Positions 55,172-64,000 of a stretch of DNA of 64,000 nt are shown here, piece after piece. The translations under genes and the position numbers were made by a program. The notes under the pieces are model-generated. The model saw only the letters and a list, made by a program, of their open reading frames with translations, made no database searches and was not told the origin of the DNA. Every line of letters begins with the position of its first letter. The first letter of the stretch is position 1. This DNA is from Eledone cirrhosa (lineage: Eukaryota), in contig OZ024741.1 in NCBI GenBank assembly GCA_964016885.1, forward strand, positions 350,052,001-350,116,000, in the 5' to 3' direction.

Positions 55172-56018
55172 ACATACATACATACATACATACATACATA
55201 CATACATACATACATACATACATACATACATACATCAGAGAGAATTCGAACCCTGACAAATATGAATTTAATGCCACGCGAGTTCAGTCAGCTTGGTTAT
55301 CATTGACATAATCATATTCAGCTGATCTTTGGCAAGCTTTAAAATTCTAGCAATCACAGAATGCCAGCAGATAATAAAACTATGTAATCTTCATTTGATA
55401 ATCTATACATTTCAGATAAATTGTAATGTTTTACTCCAAAGAAGCCGAGGAAAGGTGCGATGGTGAGTGTCTACCACAGAGTATGTGGATGCGTTTGCGA
55501 GTGTGTGTATATGTGCATGTGTGTGTACGCATGTGTGTTTATGCATGTGTGTGTATGCATATGTGTGTGTATGTGTGTGTGCCTGTATGTATGCGAGTGT
55601 GTGTGTATATGTGTGTGTCTGTATATGCATGTGTGTGTGAGTGTGTGTGTGTGTGCCTGTGTGTGTATGTATGTCTGTGTGCCTGTATGTATGCGAGTGT
55701 GTGTGTGTGTGTGTGTGTGTTTCCGAGTTTGTATATGTGTAAAATATTATGTTTATATTTCTGTTAACGTTCTCAATATTGCTCCAAGTGGTCGTGTGTA
55801 TAGGTGTGTATATATATATCTATGTATGTATGTATGCATGTGTATGTATATATATATATATATATACATATATACATATTAATACCCCCCCCCCCATATA
55901 TATATATACCGGTATATATATATATATGGGAGGTGTATTAATGTGTATATCTGTTTATACGCATACACGTCAATATACACGTATATATATATATACATAT
56001 ATATAAATACATACATAT

Positions 56019-56076
<58 letters not shown>

Positions 56077-56694
56077 ATATATTTGGTGTAAATCGAAGTT
56101 GCCAAATACATAAATGTATGTGGGTGTGTGGGTGTGTGTGTGTGCGCGTGTGTGTGTGTATGTGTGTGTGTGTGTGAGTGTGTGTGTGTATACGTTGTAA
56201 ATAGATATGTATATTCATATATATTCCACATACCAGTTTATATATATATATATATGTTGTGTGTGTGTCTATTTGCATACACATCTGTTGATGTTTGTCT
56301 ATGCATGTTTTCGGGATTTGTTCGTACAGTAAATGATATTATTGTTTACAGCGGAATACAGGAATAGGATTAAATAGTAAGAAGTGGTATTTAACCGCGT
56401 GGACTAGTAGTTAGGGCGTTGGAGTTAGGTTCATAATGTCGTCGGTTCGATTCCCTGACTGGGTTTTGTTGTTGTGTTCAATTCACATTGCTTCGATATA
56501 CTCTGCTAAGGACTGGCGTCCTGTCCAGGGTGGACTGGGCTCTTGTATTATCAGTTACTTGATGCTAAGGAAACCGGAATAAGCATTGATCTCTGATAAG
56601 CTTGGGATAGTTTCAGACTCCTTGTTTTTAGATTTACCGTTGTCTATTATTTATGTTCCGAGATCAATTCCCGCTTAGATGAAATTTGTGTCGG

Positions 56695-56835
56695 CCCTTT
56701 ACCTTCTGAGTTCAAAACCCGCCGAGGTTAACTTTGCCTGTCATCCTTACGGGGGTCGATAAAATAAAGTACCAGTAATGCACTGGGATCGATTTAATCG
56801 ATTTTCCCCGCCCCTTCAAATTGCTGGCCTTGTTG
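56695..56835 (+). mobile_element. SINE (family S2); a further diverged copy at about 54310-54460
   Basis: CTGAGTTCAAAACCCGCCGAGGTTAACTTTGCC...GGGGTCGATAAAATAAAGTACCAGT. Confidence 0.75.
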
Positions 56836-57447
56836 AGTTTTTCGAGGCGTGGTTCACATGACTCCTGTAAGTTTGTTCTATTTTTACAGTTATTCAACAT
56901 ATTATATTGAACTTGTGTTACTGTTTTGTAGTTAAACTACCCAGTATCTTCGTGAGCTGTTCAGTTTATTTCTACCAACAGCACCTAGGGGTTAAACCGG
57001 GGTTTGTTTATTAAAAACACTCCTCAATTTTTGTTTGAAAGGAAGAGTCGGCCATCGGCAGAATAGAACGGCAAAATTGGAGAAGTTAGTGACAGCAGCG
57101 GCAACAACAACAGTAGTAGAAACAGCACGAGCAGCAGCAACAACAGCAACAACAACAACTACAACACAGCACGAGAAAGTTTTGAAACAAATTTCCCGCT
57201 GCTAAAATGCCACCATCGCAAGAACAGCAAAAAATAATAACGACAAAAAGCAACAAACTAGCGTAAACACCGCCTCCTCCACCGTGTTTCTGTTGTGGTT
57301 TGTCTTACATCTCAAACTACAACAGAAACACAAACCCTCCATCTCAATTTTACTTTAGAAAAAGAACTATGAAACCGAGAAAGTAAATAAATAAGTATTC
57401 TTAAAAGACTCCAGTTGCATTTTCAATTTCTTTTCCTTATACACATA

Positions 57448-57800
57448 TAATTGTTTCCACTTTTGGCACAAGGCCAGCAATTATCACGGTACATTACTGG
57501 TGCTTTATTTTATCGACCCCGTAAGGATGAAAGGCAAAGAAAACCTCGGCGGGATTTGAATTCAGACCGTAAAGGGACATAACTCCATACTGCAAAGCAT
57601 GACGTCCGACCCTCTACTGATACTGCCAATCCACTGCCCTAACAATAATAATAATTGTTTCTACTTTTGGCACAAGGCCAGCAATTATCCAGTACATTAC
57701 TGGTACTTTATTTTATTAAACCCGTAAGGATGAAAGGCAAAGTTAACCTCGGCGTTCGTCAAAGCATGGCGGCCGATCCTCTACCGATACTGCCAATCCA
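57448..57800 (-). mobile_element. Two tandem SINEs (family S2)
   Basis: Reverse complement of 25945-26115; the second copy has an internal deletion. Confidence 0.8.
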
Positions 57801-58145
57801 AATAATGAGTATAACCGGAGCTGAACGAAAGCTACAATGTATATAAAGTTTAGAGAGTGTCGTGAGAGCTGACTGATCGTTATATATGACAACACAATAC
57901 ATTTTATTTCTTTCAAAAGAGGCTTGGCTCATGTTACCATTCGCGATTCATAAATGTATAAATATATTAATGAAAATGAGTTTCAAGCAATTCGTAGTCA
58001 AATCCGAGATACGTCCTGGAAACAGTATTAGTTTCAGGCTGGACTCTAGTACAATCGAGTAAAGCTTCTGAAGTGGATAATTACTAATCGTAAAAGGTTA
58101 TAGTTAGTTAAGTGGACTTTATCATAGTTATAAGATATATATATA

Positions 58146-58259
<114 letters not shown>

Positions 58260-58585
58260 GTGAGGTTTTTTTTACAAAATGGAAAATAACCGAGGTATCC
58301 TACACGAGTGGAAGTATAAAGAAAAAGAGATGAAATCGAAAATGCAACTGGAGTCTTATTTTTGTTTTTAAATATATATATTTATTTGGTTCCTTTACCG
58401 GTTTCGCAGTTCTTCTGCTTTTCAAAAGTACAGTTGAGATGGAGGGTCTGTGGTTTTTCTATATATATATATATATATATATATTCACTCATATTTACAT
58501 ATACATATATAATGGTATTATTGTAACAACAAATAATTATAGAATTACATTCCGTAAATTAATATATAGATACTGTGTGTTTATG

Positions 58586-58628
<43 letters not shown>

Positions 58629-58667
58629 GTAAGCTTGTAATTGCTCTTGAGTTGGCATGCAAACAGA

Positions 58668-58714
58668 ACTGCAGACACTAATGTTTCTGGGTGATTACCC
58701 TTCATCAGTACAGT
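58668..58714 (-). ncRNA. Type I hammerhead ribozyme motif (HH-D)
   Basis: ACTGTA-CTGATGA-A-GGGT-AATC-ACCC-A-GAAA-CA-TTAG-T-GTC-TGCAGT. All three helices form, GUC triplet; A-A mismatch at the base of helix II. Confidence 0.75.
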
Positions 58715-59359
58715 ATAACTGCGTACCTGCCAACTGTCAGAGCTAGTGAAAATATATATGATATTTTTTAAAACATACGGTGACTGATCGATTTGATTTG
58801 CATATTAGCAGATAGGCCAGTTGTCTCATGTATACGAGCGATTAACGGCCGGCTTTGCCATATTCTAATAACTAACAAATAGTTTATCGCTCTACATGGC
58901 TAAATCTGAGTTTTTCGAATATTAATAATTGTTTCTACTTTAGGCACAAGGCCAGCAAATACCCAGTACATTACTGGTACTTTATTTTATCGACCCCGTA
59001 AGGATGAAAGGCAAAGTTAACCTCGGTGTGATTTGAACTCAGACTGTAAAGGGACTTAACTATGCTAGAAAGCATAGCGTCCAATCCTCTACCGATACTG
59101 CCAATTCACCTTTTAATAATATTCGATTCGTTTGCAATTGTGCAAACAACCTCTTTAAAGCCGGCCATTAATCGCTCGTATATATGAGACTGACTGGCCT
59201 ATCTGCTGATATGCAAATCTGGCTGATCAGTGGGTCTCCTAATATGCAGATCTGACCGATCAGGCAGTCAGCTAATATGCACATCAGGTCGATCAGTCAC
59301 TGTATATTTTAGAAAATATATATTTTTACTAGCCCTGTCACTTGGCAGGTAAGTAGTAC

Positions 59360-59406
59360 ACTGTACTGATGAAGGGTAATCACCCAGAAACATTAGTGTT
59401 TGCAGT
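59360..59406 (+). ncRNA. Type I hammerhead ribozyme motif (HH-D), inverted copy
   Basis: Identical except for a GUU triplet. Confidence 0.7.
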
Positions 59407-59614
59407 TCTGTTTGCATGCCTGTTTACATGCCTACACAAGAGCAAGAATGATGAGGTCATTCTACTGACATGGCTTTAAAGAGGCTGTTTGCATAATTGC
59501 AAATGAATAAAATATTATTATTGATATTCGAAAAACTCAGATTACATTTATTGTATTCAGCCATGTAGAGCGATAAACTATTTGTTATATATATATGTGT
59601 GTACATACATACAT

Positions 59615-60170
59615 GGTGGCTGCCAACTCGTTTTCGAGTACGGCCACTACTTTATATCCATGTAGGAGAACCCCTACCGATGCGCTGAACGAGTGTGACT
59701 TTTTAGTCCAGCCAGCGACTTGAAAACTCTGGTACAAACACTACACTTGTGACAATTATTGACACATAGTGCTGGGCCCATGGTACCATGTGACAACAAG
59801 TGCAGAGAGCAATGCCTGTGCCATGAAGCTTTTATAGTGAGCAAAGGCACTGCACAAAGCCAGTACCACTCTCTTAACCAAGATGATATTTACCAAAAAG
59901 AAGAACAAGTCAACATCATTGGATACCATCAGGGTTGCAGGTTATATATCAGAGTTTTCCATCTCCTAGAATTCTGCCTTGACAAAGTCTAAAGGGTCAA
60001 CTCTCCCGGTGATTTTGGATGGCCATTGACTCTTAAGAGCTCCTTTGCCCTTTGACAGGTTTTGTTTTTAGTTCTGCAGGATGTCCAAAGTCACCCTCCT
60101 CACCAAGAAACCTTGGTGGGGTTGCCAGTTTAGTCGCCAACGACCCGACCATGGGATAGGTTGTACTAGA
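59615..60170 (-). mobile_element. Family B bipartite RTE derivative, longest copy (~555 bp)
   Basis: Includes the 5' head; TACA repeats on both sides; small deletion near 59809. Confidence 0.88.
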
Positions 60171-60219
60171 ATACATACATACATACATACATACATACAT
60201 ACATACATACATACATACA

Positions 60220-60251
<32 letters not shown>

Positions 60252-60585
60252 GAGAGAGACAAACCACAGACCCTCCATCTCAACTCTACTTTTGAAAAGC
60301 AGAAGAACTGCGAAACCGGTAAAGGAACCAAATAAATATATATTTTTTTTAAATAAGACTCCAGTTGCATTTTCGACTTCATCTTTTTTCCATATATATA
60401 TATTAGTAATGGACGTTATACGTATAACCATACGTATAACCATGTCCATTACGAGCTGAGGATCCGCTAAGGTGAAATAATTGTTCTCTGTATGGTGATC
60501 TAACTGTTGTGTAACCACTTCTACCTAACTCGTCCCTTGGACTGAGTGCTCTACCACTACGGATATTACCTTCCAGTGTTCTACC

Positions 60586-60634
<49 letters not shown>

Positions 60635-60739
60635 CTACACCCACTATGTGTACACCAATGATAATGTAATTATATGGTGGATCTCCTCTTTCTCTCTCTC
60701 TGTCTTTCATTCCTATCACAATTTCGTTTTTGTTATGTT

Positions 60740-63700
60740 GCGGGGAAAAAATTGCAAAGGTCAAGGTAACCCAGGTCCTGCCCTACGTACCCGTGCCTTG
60801 GCTGGTCGTGTCTGTTCTAGCGGGCATCGAAGATAAAACAACCATTCTGCAGGTACAGAAGTTGGGGAGAGAGGACTGGTCCGGTATTGGAATGGAGATG
60901 CTCATCCAAACCGACCAGGACTGCATCAGCGCTATACCCGACGTAATAGACCTCGGGAATGGCTCCCAACTTCCCATATCTGTTGAAGGAAGGCGCCCAA
61001 AGTGCTTCAACTGTGGATCAAAGTCTCACCTCAAGGCTTTCTGCCCACAGAAAATAACAAAGGCCAAGGTCACCCTCCTTCCAACGCCGAAACCGCTGCC
61101 ATCAGAAACAGAGCAGTCAGCTTCTGCAGAGAATAGGAAGACAACGTCCATGGCACTCACACCAAAGCCACGGACAACAAAAACAGCGACGGAAGCTGCA
61201 GCAACAGAAACAGTTGCGCTAGCTGCACCTGTGCCAAGAACAGCAAAGCAGGCTCCACCACCACTACCAACAACAACAACACAAAAGACAAATGAGAGGG
61301 TAGAACTCATACCCCTCCCCGACCTCTCACGCTCGGACATGGAGTATGAGGCGGCTGAGGAGTGGAAAACGGTTGTTAACAACAAAAAAACAAACGAAAA
61401 AATACCACAGCTCCTCCCCTAAAAGCGAAGGCAAAGAAAGAAGGATAAAGACTGCAAGGATACTTGCAGCAACACCACCAAAAATCACCATCACCACTAC
61501 AGTATCACCACCAACAACAACCACACCACCACCAGCATCACCAAAAACACCAACATCACAAACACAACGAAGCACACATACCCAACAGCAACAATAAGAA
61601 AACAGCAACAAAACCACTCCTCCCCCAAAAAGTACACAGCCATAAACATTGCACACCAAGGACTAATGGAATACATAAAACAGCACACCAATATTTCAGA
61701 CGTAAATTACTACACACCACCAACACCAAGAACATTACCAAAAAATATTAACATTGTTGAAATTGAACTCGAAAGTTACAAACAACTGACACAAAAATTC
61801 CCCAACTGTGTTGGGGATTTCAGGGGACCACTCTCCAAGAGAATCTACAAAGATATCGTCTTGGAGACACCCATGACCAACCGAGGGGAGGGTTCTACTG
61901 TCCCTTCCGCACACGATCAAGGTAAGTGATCCTTTCTCACTTGCCCCGTTCCTCATCCAACATGGCCGTACTTAGAATAGGCAGCATAAATGTACGTGGC
62001 CTGGGGTCATCTTGGAACCAGGGTCACCTGCTCAACGACCTCAGGTCACTAAACATAGATGTGGTGGCCATCAGCGAGAACAGAATCTCCGAAGCACGAG
62101 CCTTCGCACCGATCTTCGGCGGCTACGATGTATACGCATCTCCCAGCCGTCCAGGATCGGGGGGGGGGGGAGGGGTTGCCGTCCTTTTTCGGAGAGACTT
62201 GGATCTCGTCATACGGGCCATCTTCCTGGACCTAGAAGGTAAGTCGGTGGTGCTGGACGTGACCGGCAGCGAAGGCAAAGCTTTCAGGCAGGTAGTGGTC
62301 TATGCCCCAACATGCTCAGGACGGCCAGATTTCTTCAGACGTCTGGAGACCTTTCTTGGAACGTCCCACTCTTTAGTGTTAGTGGCGACTGGAACTGTAT
62401 CTTAGATGCACGCTGGGATTATGTGGGGCTAGTAGACAGGGCAGGAGGGTGTAAAAGCCTCAACAACCTGCTCAGACGTTTTGAACTGGCTGACAGGTAT
62501 AGACTGGATTATCCGAATGTGCCAATGTGGACATGGGCAAACCGCATCGAGTCATCCAGATCGTATTTAGATAGGGTATTACGTAGGGAAACAGATAAGG
62601 CTAGTGTAGGTTGTCCACAATTTAAAGTAGTCGACTACACGGACCACAAATGCCTGACCTGTGAAGTTGACTTAGATAGACTCCATAGGCAAGGGCCCGG
62701 TTACTGGAAACTGAACGCGTCTTTCCCGGCGGGAAAATCTTACAGAGACCGGATTAGCGAATTAGTTAAGCTTGCGTTGACGGGTACGATCGTCAACAAC
62801 AGGTGGTCGTTTAACCTAAAAAGGGCTATTAGAGTAGAATCGATAAGGTTTAGCAAGGGAGTAGTGATAGAGGAAAATAGAGTAGAGGAAGAGTTAGTTA
62901 GAAAGCTAGAAGAGGCGTTTAGGACAGGCATCGCAACCGACGTGCTTGCGGCAAGATTGGCACTCGACCAATTCTTCAACGCAAAGCATGAAAGCTGCGT
63001 TGTCAGAGCTAGAGCGCGTGCTCTAAGACATGGGGGGGGGACGAAAGCCGTTCAATGGGCCCGGGTGGTGGAGGCGTGACGTGGCAACAAGTCCACAATT
63101 CGGTCTTTGCCTGATTAAAACGGGTGCATGTTGCTCGAACCCGAGCAGATGTGTGCGGATTTTCAACAGCACTTTGCTCAATTGTTCGGGAGAGGCGGCG
63201 GGCCGGATCGGAGTATGGACTTCGGTGCATACCTCGACGGACTGCCGCGGCTCTCGACGAGAGCGATAACAGCAGATGAAATACGGGAAGCGATGTCTGA
63301 CTGCACGTGGGGTAAATCACCAGCTTTGGATGGCCTGCCCTACGAGCTTTATGCGTATATGCCAGACTTGTTCGGCGACCTCTTGGCAGATGTCTACTGC
63401 AACTGGGAATGCTCCCGTTCTGCAGAACGGGAGCATTCCCAGTTTTGTGAGCCGGGGAGCGGTGGCGCTGCTAAGAAAAGACCCGAACAAGACGTTATAG
63501 ACAACTTCAGGCCCATAACTCTGCTAAACGCAGAGTTTAAGATTTTGGCCAAGGTGTTAGCAAAGAGATTGGCGCTTGTTGTCGGTGATCTGGTGGGAGA
63601 GGCACAGACATGAGCCATTCCGGACAGATCCATCCATGACAACCTCCATCTCATGCGATACATCATAGAGAGGGTGGTTAAGGAACATGGCACAGGTGGG

Positions 63701-64000
63701 ACCCTGGTCAACTCCTGAACAATCTAAAGCATTTGGAAGGGACAGGCTCCCATGGTCAGACGATCCATTTGCTGTCAACACCCGTTGCGTGGAGGACTAG
63801 GCATGCCGTGGCTGATGATGCGCAAACATGCGCTGAGGCTGTGACATCTCTGGTGCTTCCTTGGCGGTGAACAGGTGTGGTCGCCGTTTGCCAGACGCGT
63901 TTTGCCCCAGCTCGTCTCCTTGACGGAGCTGCAGTCCTGGATCAGGAAAAGACCGAGGGATAGCGCTTGGAAGCTGGAATGTCTCCAAGCGCTCACCGCC
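60740..64000 (+). mobile_element. Second, decayed Tx1/L1-clade LINE (runs off the window)
   Basis: ORF1 remnant ISVEGRRPKCFNCGSKSHLKAFCP. ORF2 from ATG 61962 (MAVLRIGSINVRGL, YLDRV, YTDHK, FRPITLLN) with several frameshifts and a deletion near 63735. Confidence 0.9.

Larger units (their letters stand above)
58640..59590. mobile_element. Inverted-repeat hammerhead element (family HH-D) with an S2 SINE (58925-59108) in the middle
   Basis: About 58645-58855 is inverted at about 59155-59445; partial copy at 29030-29195. Confidence 0.7.

Noticed and set aside
60090-60170. HDV-like ribozyme at the RTE-derived 5' head
   Set aside because: Hairpins are present but I could not build P1 and the nested double pseudoknot by eye.

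Overview
AT-rich, microsatellite-dense metazoan DNA. The SINE and LINE families resemble those I know from Octopus/cephalopods; this is an inference, not a database result. No host gene can be supported and nearly all short ORFs are microsatellite translations. The window is almost entirely mobile DNA. (1) A head-to-tail stack of four Tx1/L1-clade LINEs at 30.3-41.6 kb, each bounded on both sides by (GATA)n, which points to a (GATA)n-targeting retrotransposon; one copy is nearly full length. (2) A full-length RTE LINE at 49.8-54.0 kb with an uninterrupted 1180-aa APE-RT-3xC2H2 ORF. Two families of bipartite non-autonomous RTE derivatives accompany it and show a covarying 5'-3' long-range RNA helix. 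(3) A Naiad-type Penelope remnant and about ten type I hammerhead ribozyme motifs in several non-coding repeat families, including a 470-bp retrozyme-like unit. (4) Non-autonomous Helitrons, a hAT MITE with an 8-bp TSD, tRNA-type SINEs, an RLE-LINE fragment, a second decayed Tx1 element, many fold-back palindromes, and a minisatellite with a fixed 17-mer and variable (CA)n spacers.
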